Positions 26,820 to 36,144 of a stretch of 60,399 nt of DNA are shown here, one piece after another. The notes below the pieces were generated by a model. It was given only the letters and a program-made list of their open reading frames with translations. It did not search any database and was not told where the DNA came from. The translations under genes and the position numbers were made by a program. The DNA is from Bacteroidales bacterium (lineage in GTDB: Bacteria; Bacteroidota; Bacteroidia; Bacteroidales; F082): assembly GCA_045612025.1 (NCBI GenBank), contig JAZKYG010000020.1, positions 1-60,399 of the forward strand. Reading direction: 5' to 3'. Each line of letters starts with the position of its first letter. Positions within the stretch are counted from its first letter, which is position 1.

Positions 26820-27395
26820 ATGATAAAATTACCTCAATTACCGTACAAAAGAGATGCCTTAGAGCCACACATCTCACAGAAAACCATCGACTTTCACTAC
26901 GGACAACATCATGCTGGCTATGTAAAAAACCTCAACAACCTAATAGAAGGTTCACAGTTTGAGGACATGAATCTCGAAGAAATCATCAAGAACAGTCAGG
27001 GTTCCATTTTCAATAATGCAGCACAAGTCTGGAATCACACATTCTACTGGCATTGCATGACACCCGAGGCCAATACAACTCCGCCAGTACGACTCCTCAA
27101 TGCCATCGAACGCGATTTCGGCAGTTTCGAAAACTTCAAGCAACTATTCATCAAACAAGCTGCTACCTTGTTCGGCTCCGGCTGGCTTTGGCTAGTAGAA
27201 GACAAAGAAGGCAGACTATCATTACTGCAGACAAGCAACGCAGAAACGCCTCTCACTCATGAAGGTCTGAAACCACTTCTCACCTGCGACGTCTGGGAAC
27301 ACGCTTATTATCTCGACCAACAAAATCTGAGATTAGCGTACCTAAACGAATTCTGGCAGCTTATCAACTGGCAGTTCGTAGAGAAAAATATGTAA
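26820..27395 (+). CDS. sodB: Fe/Mn superoxide dismutase
   Basis: LPYKRDALEPHIS, FNNAAQVWNHTFYW and DVWEHAYYLD. Confidence 0.95.
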   Translation: MIKLPQLPYKRDALEPHISQKTIDFHYGQHHAGYVKNLNNLIEGSQFEDMNLEEIIKNSQGSIFNNAAQVWNHTFYWHCMTPEANTTPPVRLLNAIERDFGSFENFKQLFIKQAATLFGSGWLWLVEDKEGRLSLLQTSNAETPLTHEGLKPLLTCDVWEHAYYLDQQNLRLAYLNEFWQLINWQFVEKNM

Positions 27396-27481
27396 ACGAT
27401 AAAGAATGTTTAAAATAATTGCCGTTTCAAATTATTTTCATTTCAACGCAAAAAATATCTCTTTTCTTTAGAAAAAAATAT

Positions 27482-27489
27482 TACCTTTG
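27482..27489 (+). promoter_or_regulatory. -7 box TACCTTTG
   Basis: It matches TAnnTTTG and lies about 90 nt upstream of ATG 27580. Confidence 0.4.
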
Positions 27490-27579
27490 CCATTCGTATT
27501 GAATTATCGTTCAACAATTTGTAAACGAGCAAAAATGATTCAATAATCATTTAATTATTTTTAAACATTCTTTATTATT

Positions 27580-29520
27580 ATGAGAAAATCTTTACAATTA
27601 GTGCTATTTTCTGCACTATTATTCTGCGGCCTCAATTTAAGAGCTCAAAACACAACTACACCTGAGGTAAAAGTTGACAGAAGCGAGAACTTTACACTTG
27701 TCAAAGTCCTCAACAGTTACAACTGGCCTTATGACATTTCAAATAACAAAAAACACGTTGTCATCCAAGGTTTCGGCGCCGTTGACGGTTACTACTGGTC
27801 AGAAGAAACAGGCGTCATTTCATTGACAGGATATCCTTATGCAGTATCTGACGACGGTATCGTTGCGGGTTCTTATATGAATGGCATCGGTATGAACGTT
27901 GCAGGTTTATGGACTGCCGAAACAAAACAATGGGAATTCTTAGGCATGAACCCAGCTTTGCCTGAATTTTCAACTGTTGAAGGTGACACAGACTACAATG
28001 GCGCATGGTCAATGACAAACGACGGCAGCATTGTCGGTGTTATGCAGGTATATCCAGACTGGAGCACAACATCATACCTTTGGTCAAGAGAAAAAGGTTA
28101 CACAGTGATCGAAAACGGCGTTTCTGCACAAACAAGACCTAACGCAATCAGTGATGATGGAAAAGTTGTAGCAGGTTTAGCAGCACACGAAACAAAAGGC
28201 GAATGGACTCCTTGCTATTGGGTTGACGGAAAAATCAACAGATTCCCTCACCTCTTCGGTGAAGCATTAAACGTTTCACATAATGGCAATTACATCTGTG
28301 GTTATTTATTAAACGGACAAGGTTTCGTTTACGATATCGCAAATGACAAAATGGTTACAATTGACAACACTCTCGAAGAAGGATTCCAATTATCAGCAAC
28401 ATGTGTAACAGACAACGGCATTATCTTCGGTCATTCTGACGGCGGTTCACCTCAAGACAGAGACGGCATCGTTTATATTGGCGGCGACTTGATGTACTTC
28501 AAAGAATATTTAACAATAAAAGGCGTTGAAGAAGCTGCAAACTGGACTATTTACAGCATAACAAATGTTACACCTGATGGCAACACATTCATCGGCGGCG
28601 GCGTTATCGACGGCAATGAATGTTCTTTCATTTTAACATTAGAACCTACATGTGAAGCTCCTAAAAACTTAACCTACGAAATAGGACCTAACCATAACGA
28701 CATTACACTCAATTGGGAAGCTCCAGAAAATGCAGAAAACGTCACATACAACATTTACCTCAACTATAAAGGTGCTCCATTTGCAGAAAGCATCACAGAA
28801 ACAACATTCTCTTTTGACGGCATGGAACCAGGTGAATATCAATTCTTGGTAAGAGCCAACTACAATAATGGAGAATGCCTCTCTGACATATCAAATACGG
28901 TAAGACCTACTATCTATCCTTGCCCAGAAAACCACAAATGCGAACTCACAATCGTTGCAAACGACATGTATGGTGACGGTTGGGACTTCGGTTACATCAG
29001 CATCAAAGGCGCATTGAGCGATTTGGAATATAAAGTTGAATTGACAGACGGCGGCGGTGAAGAAAACCCTGAAATCATAACTCTTGATTTATGCCCAGAC
29101 ACTTACCAATTCACATGGGTTCCTGGCAACTGGGACGAAGAAAACGGATTCATCATCAATTTCCAAGATGAAGAAATCTATAGAGCAAACATCGGTGACA
29201 TCGATTCAACATTCAAGAAAAAACCTATGTTCTTAGAATATGAATTGGCTTGCGAACCAAGCGATGGAATTGACAATCCAACAATTTCAGAATCATCACT
29301 CAACATCTATCCTAACCCTGTAAACAACAGACTCTTCATCACAGCAGACGAAAAAATCGAGTCTGTAAGCATCTACACAATCACAGGCGTGATGATTTGC
29401 AACGAACAATGCTCAATGAACAATGTACAATTGGATGTTACAAGCCTCAACAGCGGCATTTATTTCGTAAAAATCAATACAAAAGAAGGCGAAATAACAG
29501 AACGCTTCGTTAAAGAATAA
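27580..29520 (+). CDS. Secreted repeat protein with an FN3-like domain and a T9SS C-terminal sorting domain
   Basis: A signal peptide, HAF-like repeats (SDDGIVAG, TNDGSIVGV, SDDGKVVAG, TDNGIIFGH), and the C-terminal LNIYPNPVNNRLFI...GIYFVKI. Confidence 0.85.
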   Translation: MRKSLQLVLFSALLFCGLNLRAQNTTTPEVKVDRSENFTLVKVLNSYNWPYDISNNKKHVVIQGFGAVDGYYWSEETGVISLTGYPYAVSDDGIVAGSYMNGIGMNVAGLWTAETKQWEFLGMNPALPEFSTVEGDTDYNGAWSMTNDGSIVGVMQVYPDWSTTSYLWSREKGYTVIENGVSAQTRPNAISDDGKVVAGLAAHETKGEWTPCYWVDGKINRFPHLFGEALNVSHNGNYICGYLLNGQGFVYDIANDKMVTIDNTLEEGFQLSATCVTDNGIIFGHSDGGSPQDRDGIVYIGGDLMYFKEYLTIKGVEEAANWTIYSITNVTPDGNTFIGGGVIDGNECSFILTLEPTCEAPKNLTYEIGPNHNDITLNWEAPENAENVTYNIYLNYKGAPFAESITETTFSFDGMEPGEYQFLVRANYNNGECLSDISNTVRPTIYPCPENHKCELTIVANDMYGDGWDFGYISIKGALSDLEYKVELTDGGGEENPEIITLDLCPDTYQFTWVPGNWDEENGFIINFQDEEIYRANIGDIDSTFKKKPMFLEYELACEPSDGIDNPTISESSLNIYPNPVNNRLFITADEKIESVSIYTITGVMICNEQCSMNNVQLDVTSLNSGIYFVKINTKEGEITERFVKE

Positions 29521-29550
29521 TGCACAATGCATAATTCATAATGCATAATT
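29521..29550. repeat. CATAATK heptamer array
   Basis: TGCACAATGCATAATTCATAATGCATAATT. Confidence 0.85.
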
Positions 29551-29556
29551 GAGAAG

Positions 29557-29588
29557 GTCGCTGCGAGAAAAATCGTAGCGACTTTTTT
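29557..29588 (+). terminator. Rho-independent terminator
   Basis: GTCGCTGCGAgaaaaaTCGTAGCGAC followed by TTTTTT. Confidence 0.7.
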
Positions 29589-29636
29589 ATAATAAAAAGT
29601 CTTACGACATAAGCACATGACTCCAAATAAAATCAC

Positions 29637-29644
29637 TATCTTTG
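29637..29644 (+). promoter_or_regulatory. -7 box TATCTTTG, probably for the 29669..35301 operon
   Basis: It matches TAnnTTTG and lies 24 nt upstream of ATG 29669. Confidence 0.45.
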
Positions 29645-29668
29645 CATATTATCAATATCTTCATTCAA

Positions 29669-30406
29669 ATGCGAAAATTCATATTAACAATAATATCCAT
29701 CATCTGCATCATTTGCGTCTCGTGCCAAAAACAAACTAACGATTTTCAAAGAGATTATAAGAAAATCTGGTTACATCGCGCCAACACTATCGAAAAAGCC
29801 CAATATTTTCAAGACAAATATGCAGGTCTGGAAATCGACATAACATACTTGGATTCTTTACATACATTTATTGTTTTTCATGGCGGAGGATTATCCGAAC
29901 CAGAACCTGTCACTTTAGAACAGTGGTTTGATGAAGTGGGAAATGCAAATAAACTAAAGCTTTGGCTTGATTTCAAAAATCTCAGCAACGACAACCAAAT
30001 GCCAGCGCTTAAAGAACTTAACCGCCTGTGTGAAAAATACAATATCCGCAAAAACAATATTATCGTTGAAAACTGGAATGCAAAATATCTGTCATCATTT
30101 CAAGAAAACGACTATCAAACAAGTTATTATATTCCAGATTTCAACCCGCAGAAAGCATCAAACTATGACATACAAAAACATACATATAAAATTCGTAAAG
30201 CAATATCTTCCTACAATATAACAACTATTTCAGGCTATCATTACCAATATCAATTCATGAGAGATTCTTTCCCAGAGCAGAACGTTTTGATTTGGTATAT
30301 CAATAACGACAAGAAAGTTCAAGAGGAATATATTCAATTGGTCAACCAAGATGACAAGGTAAAGGTTCTGCTCATCGCAGATGAAATTCCAGAAAACAAA
30401 AAATAA
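29669..30406 (+). CDS. Lipoprotein, PLC-like/glycerophosphodiester-phosphodiesterase-like (tentative); paralog of 35334..36065
   Basis: Lipobox IICVSC, then WLHRAN...GLEIDITY (the H-R ... E-x-D pattern of PLC-like phosphodiesterases). It shares WLDFKNLS.DN and DSFPEQN with the paralog. Confidence 0.75.
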   Translation: MRKFILTIISIICIICVSCQKQTNDFQRDYKKIWLHRANTIEKAQYFQDKYAGLEIDITYLDSLHTFIVFHGGGLSEPEPVTLEQWFDEVGNANKLKLWLDFKNLSNDNQMPALKELNRLCEKYNIRKNNIIVENWNAKYLSSFQENDYQTSYYIPDFNPQKASNYDIQKHTYKIRKAISSYNITTISGYHYQYQFMRDSFPEQNVLIWYINNDKKVQEEYIQLVNQDDKVKVLLIADEIPENKK

Positions 30407-30422
30407 TCATAACAATAACGAT

Positions 30423-32876
30423 ATGATAAATAATATCAAAGACAGCATAAAACAATGGATTCATCTCAACATTTTATTGTTGATGATGATGTTTGTTATC
30501 AGAATCATATTTTTCATTGAAGTAACGACACGTATCAACATTGATGCATCTCAATTTTCAAACATCATTCTAGGCATAAAATATGATCTGCTTCTTGCAG
30601 GCCACCTTATCGCATGGCTTGCTCCTATCTTCTTGTTTTTCCATCATTTCTTTCCAAAAACAACAAATAATATTTACAAAGCCTTAATTTTCATTTACGC
30701 AATAATATCTACATCTTTAACAGAATATTTCTGCAATTTGATGATGCCTTTAGACCACGTCATCTTTGCATATTCCGTTGAAGGACTGAAAGGCGCAGTC
30801 GAGTCATCGACATCATTTTCAATAGTTCCAATATTATATTTCGCAATTTCTTTAGCACTTTGCATTTTAATTTCCAGACTATGGAAAAGAGTAAAGGTTG
30901 GAAATATTTTCTCATACGTCATTCTTATAGCGTCTTTAGGCGTCGCTATTGCATTCAACTACAGCAACATTATAAGAAAAGAACGTTATTGCAACAATCA
31001 CCAGGACTTTATATTAGCGACAAATCAACCTTCATATTCACTAATTAAGATAAGTGATTACCTGAGAAAGGACGATACACAAGACGAAAGCGAAATTGAG
31101 ATAATTTACAAAACATGCGAAAGCTATCATAAGTCAAACAATCAGTTTTCATATCCTTACAAAGATTATCCATTTTACAGAAAAGCTGATTATCAGGATG
31201 TCTTAGGTTCTTTATTGAAAAAGACCTCAAACGGAGAAAAACCTAATTTCGTCTTTGTCATTATTGAAGGCTTCGGACAATGTCTGACTGGCGCTGAAAC
31301 ACCTACGATTTCATTCACCCCTCTCATCGACAGTATGAAAAACGAAAGCCTTTATTGGAAAAACTGCCTGTCGGCAACAGAAAGGACATTCGGCGTACTT
31401 CCAACAATTTTTGCATCCACGCCTCATGGCAAAAAAGGATTCGGGCATCGTTACGAATTAATGCCGCTGCATAACTCTTTGTTAAAAGACTTTAAGAAAA
31501 ACGATTACGACATATCATATTATTATGGCTGTTACCGCGACATTGACAGATATGACAATTTCCTTAAAGCCAACGACATAGAAAATATATTCATTCCTAC
31601 ACAAGGTTCCGTTGATGATGAAGCATACAAGTTGATGCAAGAAAACAACAGATGGGGCATCGATGATGAAGAATTATTTAACATCGTCATAAACGATAAA
31701 AAATCAAACGATAGCGACAAACCTTTCGTTGATATCATAATGACACTTAGCACACATGAGCCTTTTATCATTCTTGAAGGACAGGAAAAATACGAGCAAA
31801 AAGTAATGCAGATTCTTGAAAGCAACGAGGGCGTAAGTGCAAAAGAAAAGAATATCATCACCAAGAATCCAAATGTCTTTGCATGCTATCTATATATGGA
31901 TGAATGCGTCAAGAACCTCATCGATTCTTATAAGGAAATAGGCAAATACGATAACACCATTTTCGTCATCACTGGCGACCATAGAATTGGAATGATGACA
32001 ACAGGCAATGTTCTACGCTCCTTCAATGTGCCTCTTCTCATCCATTCGCCTTTACTTAAAGAAAACAGACAGATGGACGCTGTCGTCTCTCACTACGACA
32101 TAACTCCAACAATAAACGCTTATCTATCAAACAACTTTGATTATCAAGTTGACAACTACTGCCATTGGCTCGGAACTTCTTTAGATACCGTTAAGGAATT
32201 CAGAAGCAATATAAAACAAGCATTCATGCTCAACAACAGAGATGTCATCGACTATCTGCATGACGAATATTTCTTGTGCAGGAGCAAACTTTACAAGATT
32301 GACAGCAATTTAAAATTGATATCTATAGACGACCCTGGATTATATCAAGAACTTAAAAAAGAACTTGACGATTACAACCTCTTAAGCGCCTATGCACTGG
32401 GGTCCAATTTCTTAAGCAGAGACATCGACGAGAATTTTATAGATATAGGCGAATATCATTTCGACATCGACAACACAACAAACAAGATTTTCAACAATTT
32501 AACAGTCGACTCTCTTGAAAATAAATTCGTCTATTTTGATGAAAACAAGGAATATATATCGTTGTATCCTTATCTGGAAGTCGAAGATGATTTCACCAAG
32601 TTCATTGTTTCTGTTTCTTTTGATTTACAATCATATACAGAAAACAAACTTCCTCTTTTGATATATACAATAGGTGATTTTTATCAAGCCGTGCCATTGG
32701 TTTCATTGCAAAATGAAAGTCTTAACACTGGAGATGTGGAGCATTTTGTCAATAGAATCATGATTTCAAAAAACAAGAGTTATAAAGGTGAAAAGTTAAA
32801 AATATATTTAAGAAACTCATCAAAAGACAGGATGATGATCGACAATATCAAGGTTCTTATAAAAGCAAGCAAATAA
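30423..32876 (+). CDS. LtaS-like membrane phosphotransferase (sulfatase/alkaline-phosphatase superfamily) with an extra C-terminal domain of about 200 aa
   Basis: About 5 N-terminal transmembrane helices, then FVFVIIEGFGQ, CLSATERTFGVLP and VITGDHRIG. I prefer ATG 30423 because it does not overlap the upstream gene. Confidence 0.85.
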   Translation: MINNIKDSIKQWIHLNILLLMMMFVIRIIFFIEVTTRINIDASQFSNIILGIKYDLLLAGHLIAWLAPIFLFFHHFFPKTTNNIYKALIFIYAIISTSLTEYFCNLMMPLDHVIFAYSVEGLKGAVESSTSFSIVPILYFAISLALCILISRLWKRVKVGNIFSYVILIASLGVAIAFNYSNIIRKERYCNNHQDFILATNQPSYSLIKISDYLRKDDTQDESEIEIIYKTCESYHKSNNQFSYPYKDYPFYRKADYQDVLGSLLKKTSNGEKPNFVFVIIEGFGQCLTGAETPTISFTPLIDSMKNESLYWKNCLSATERTFGVLPTIFASTPHGKKGFGHRYELMPLHNSLLKDFKKNDYDISYYYGCYRDIDRYDNFLKANDIENIFIPTQGSVDDEAYKLMQENNRWGIDDEELFNIVINDKKSNDSDKPFVDIIMTLSTHEPFIILEGQEKYEQKVMQILESNEGVSAKEKNIITKNPNVFACYLYMDECVKNLIDSYKEIGKYDNTIFVITGDHRIGMMTTGNVLRSFNVPLLIHSPLLKENRQMDAVVSHYDITPTINAYLSNNFDYQVDNYCHWLGTSLDTVKEFRSNIKQAFMLNNRDVIDYLHDEYFLCRSKLYKIDSNLKLISIDDPGLYQELKKELDDYNLLSAYALGSNFLSRDIDENFIDIGEYHFDIDNTTNKIFNNLTVDSLENKFVYFDENKEYISLYPYLEVEDDFTKFIVSVSFDLQSYTENKLPLLIYTIGDFYQAVPLVSLQNESLNTGDVEHFVNRIMISKNKSYKGEKLKIYLRNSSKDRMMIDNIKVLIKASK

Positions 32877-32883
32877 TAATATC

Positions 32884-35301
32884 ATGAGAAAATATATAGA
32901 ATATATAAAACCATTTTTCACTTTAACAATCTGTTTTACAATTGTTTTACTCTGCATTAAAAGTCTTGAGATATTTTCATCAGACTCTGTAAAACTAGAT
33001 TTTATCGCAGAAATGATTTATAGTAATCTCATCGCTTCTTTGTTAATGAGTTTTTGCGTCTTTATTATTTTTAACATATTTTCCCTCTTTTCAAAAAAAG
33101 CAGCATTCTATATCGGTTCTATTCTATTTTCCATAATCATCATTTCAGAAACAGGTCTGATTTTTTATTATAGAACGACTGGACTTATGATGGGTAATGA
33201 ATTGATAGAACGACCTTTATGGGAAACTATCGCTACTGTAAAAAGCACCTTGAATTTCTGGATGATTGCAGCTGCAATACTATTCATTATCGCATTTGCT
33301 TTCGTTAATTATAAAATTGTCAAAAGACAAAGCCTAACAAAAGTTAACAGTCAACAAGCAACAGCCAAGGTGACATTATTTCTAATGCTGATTTCCATTC
33401 CGTTATTTTTCGTCATAAAACCAAATCAAAATGATAATGCTGTAAACAAAATATGGTATTGTTTCCATTCCTGTTTTATGGATAAAGAAACACAAAATGC
33501 TGATATTGTTTTATCTAGATTAGCATTTGACGAAGAAAAAATCGAGAAATATAAGTCGATATTTCCAGAAAGAGAAATACTTGATGACACATATCCTTTA
33601 GAAAGAACCGACAATATTAATAATGTATTAGGGCCATATTTTAAAAAGTCAGAAGAAAAGCCGAATATTGTTTTTATTATCGTTGAATCCTTGGGCTCAG
33701 ATTTGTTTGGCGTGAACAAATACGGTTACATTTTCACTCCGTTTTTAGACTCATTATCAAGACATTCATTATTATGGACTAACTGTTTATCAACGACTCC
33801 ACGCAGTTTCGGTGCTGTTCCTGCCATCACAGGTTCCGTTCCTCACGGACTAAAAGGATTTCAGTTCGGTGATATTCCAGAATATAATTCTTTGTTTAGC
33901 GTATTGAAAGATAATGATTATGAGACAAATGCATTTTATGCTGGAGAATATTCCTTCGATAAAGTCTATGATTATTTGGTATCTCAAAAGATAGATTTCA
34001 TGGCTCCGCTTTTTGAGGATCATAAAAAGAAAGAAAACAAACATCTAGATTTTACGTATTGGGGATACCAAGACATGCCAATGTTTGACAAAAGCATAGA
34101 TATCATCAAGAAACGTAAGGAAAACAAACCATACTTTGACTTATTCATAACGATATCCCAACACGATAACAGATTAAAACTCAACGACAAAGACAAAACA
34201 GACAAATATTATGAAAAGGTTTCTGAAATCATAGCGACATTGCCAGAAAGCGAGCATAGCAATATGAATGACATTTCAGGATACCTCGCTGCGACTTTAT
34301 ATGGCGACGATGCAATAAAACATTTTGTTAAAAAATATTCAGAATATTACAAAGAAGGAAATTATATCTTCGTCATCACTGGAGACCATAGTCTTAACAT
34401 AAATTCAGAAAATCCATTAAACGGATTTCATGTGCCTTTGATTATCTGGTCGCCGATGTTGGAAAAGACAGACCGTTTTAATTCTGTCGTTTCGCATAAT
34501 GACATTATTCCTACTTTAAATGCTTTATTAAGAGATAACTACAATTTCAAAACACCTGAAAAAATACACTGGGTCGGAGGAGAACTCGATACAATAAAAG
34601 ATTTCCATTGCGACTTGAAAACATGTTTCTTGAGATACACTAGAACTATCTTTGACGGTATCTATGAAAACTATTATTATGATTTCTCAAAATCGAAAAA
34701 GGCATATCTTATCGGTGAAAATCTTGAACTTACAGAGGTCGACGATGATGATGTAATTAACAATATTGACGAAAATTTCAAAGCATTGATATACGCCGAC
34801 AATTATTCATACACAAATAATAAAGTCTGCAAAGACCCTATATTCCCTCAAAATAAATTCAAAGTTATTGACGAATATCACATTGATTCTGTATATTGTT
34901 CATCATTGGCAAAAAAACCTAGCGTTAAAAAGCCTAAAGAAGTTGATATAATTTCTGATGAGATCAAGTCTATTTATAGCGAAATAAAGATTGTTATGAC
35001 TGCCGATGTCATATACACTGGCGAAGTTTGGCAGGATCAATTTATCAATCTAGGTGTAGATTTAAGTTATGACAAAGGCCAGAAGATAAATGCTTCCGAT
35101 AATATATCCAAGAGTTTTGTCAAAAGAGAATATCATCCAAACGAAATGACAAAATTGGAATTCACTAAAGTCTTCAATGTCAAAAATTTCAAGGATATTG
35201 GTTTTGAGATATATCTGAAATCTACGGAAAAAGACTATCTATGGAATCCTGAACACAGCGTTATGTTAAAAAATGTTAACATTAAGATATTAGGATCATA
35301 A
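32884..35301 (+). CDS. LtaS-like membrane phosphotransferase, paralog of 30423..32876
   Basis: It has the same architecture: IVFIIVESLGSD, CLSTTPRSFGAVPAI and VITGDHSLN. The gap to the upstream gene is 7 nt. Confidence 0.85.
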   Translation: MRKYIEYIKPFFTLTICFTIVLLCIKSLEIFSSDSVKLDFIAEMIYSNLIASLLMSFCVFIIFNIFSLFSKKAAFYIGSILFSIIIISETGLIFYYRTTGLMMGNELIERPLWETIATVKSTLNFWMIAAAILFIIAFAFVNYKIVKRQSLTKVNSQQATAKVTLFLMLISIPLFFVIKPNQNDNAVNKIWYCFHSCFMDKETQNADIVLSRLAFDEEKIEKYKSIFPEREILDDTYPLERTDNINNVLGPYFKKSEEKPNIVFIIVESLGSDLFGVNKYGYIFTPFLDSLSRHSLLWTNCLSTTPRSFGAVPAITGSVPHGLKGFQFGDIPEYNSLFSVLKDNDYETNAFYAGEYSFDKVYDYLVSQKIDFMAPLFEDHKKKENKHLDFTYWGYQDMPMFDKSIDIIKKRKENKPYFDLFITISQHDNRLKLNDKDKTDKYYEKVSEIIATLPESEHSNMNDISGYLAATLYGDDAIKHFVKKYSEYYKEGNYIFVITGDHSLNINSENPLNGFHVPLIIWSPMLEKTDRFNSVVSHNDIIPTLNALLRDNYNFKTPEKIHWVGGELDTIKDFHCDLKTCFLRYTRTIFDGIYENYYYDFSKSKKAYLIGENLELTEVDDDDVINNIDENFKALIYADNYSYTNNKVCKDPIFPQNKFKVIDEYHIDSVYCSSLAKKPSVKKPKEVDIISDEIKSIYSEIKIVMTADVIYTGEVWQDQFINLGVDLSYDKGQKINASDNISKSFVKREYHPNEMTKLEFTKVFNVKNFKDIGFEIYLKSTEKDYLWNPEHSVMLKNVNIKILGS

Positions 35302-35305
35302 AAAT

Positions 35306-35327
35306 AAGACGCCACAAGTGACGTCTT
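35306..35327. terminator. Bidirectional hairpin between convergent genes
   Basis: AAGACGCCACAAGTGACGTCTT, with A/T runs on both sides. Confidence 0.55.
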
Positions 35328-35333
35328 TATTTA

Positions 35334-36065
35334 TCAATCAAAAATATCTGGTGTCGGATAATCTACCAGCACCACTTTCACGCTTTCTTCACGGCAGAGT
35401 CTTTTGGTAAACTCAACATTCTCTGGCGTATAATCCTTTGGCGTATCCCAGAAGTGAATATTCTGTTCCGGGAAGCTGTCACATAAAAGAGGATACATTC
35501 TATATTCACAGCTTATCGCATCAGGATGAAGGTCTTCAATCTGAGAACGTATTTTATTTACTACAGAAGCCGTATCCTTCTTATTCCAATAATAAAGATT
35601 ATCAACCCAAAGCATAATATGATAATCTTTTTTTCTTGCAACTTTAAGAGCCTTTATATCTTGACTTTCAATAAAGAACCTATCTTCAATATTATATTTC
35701 TCAACAAGTTCATCGAATACAGCCAAGGCATTTTCCGCATTATCTGCAGAAAGATTTTTGAAATCAATCCAATAACATATCTTGTTTGGTTCTTTCAACA
35801 TTGCCAACCATTCATCCAAAGGCAAGTTTTTCGATGTGTCGGCAACAACTCTTCCAACATAAATATCATTTTTCTCTGGAGAATAAATCACATCGACCTC
35901 AAGGCCATCAAACACATCTTCCAGATTTTGAGCGTCATATTTAGAATAAACTCCGTGCTTCCAGACTTTTGAATCCGGATAGTTGAAAGATTTAAGTATC
36001 ACTGGATTTTTATCACATGAGATAAACAATGATATTACAAAGATAGATAGGATGATTTTTTTCAT
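35334..36065 (-). CDS. Lipoprotein, PLC-like/GDPD-like (tentative); paralog of 29669..30406
   Basis: Lipobox LFISC, plus WKHG...GLEVDVIY, WIDFKNLSADN and DSFPEQN. Confidence 0.75.
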   Translation of the reverse strand: MKKIILSIFVISLFISCDKNPVILKSFNYPDSKVWKHGVYSKYDAQNLEDVFDGLEVDVIYSPEKNDIYVGRVVADTSKNLPLDEWLAMLKEPNKICYWIDFKNLSADNAENALAVFDELVEKYNIEDRFFIESQDIKALKVARKKDYHIMLWVDNLYYWNKKDTASVVNKIRSQIEDLHPDAISCEYRMYPLLCDSFPEQNIHFWDTPKDYTPENVEFTKRLCREESVKVVLVDYPTPDIFD

Positions 36066-36087
36066 TTAGAATAAAACTTGAACGTTG

Positions 36088-36095
36088 CAAAGATA
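36088..36095 (-). promoter_or_regulatory. -7 box TATCTTTG (minus strand) for 35334..36065
   Basis: It is the divergent partner of the TACCTTTG box at 36116..36123. Confidence 0.45.
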
Positions 36096-36115
36096 ATTTT
36101 TTCCAATAAAAAACA

Positions 36116-36123
36116 TACCTTTG
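36116..36123 (+). promoter_or_regulatory. -7 box TACCTTTG for the prolyl oligopeptidase gene
   Basis: It matches TAnnTTTG and lies 21 nt upstream of ATG 36145. Confidence 0.45.
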
Positions 36124-36144
36124 CAAAAAGAAAAAAATCTCACT

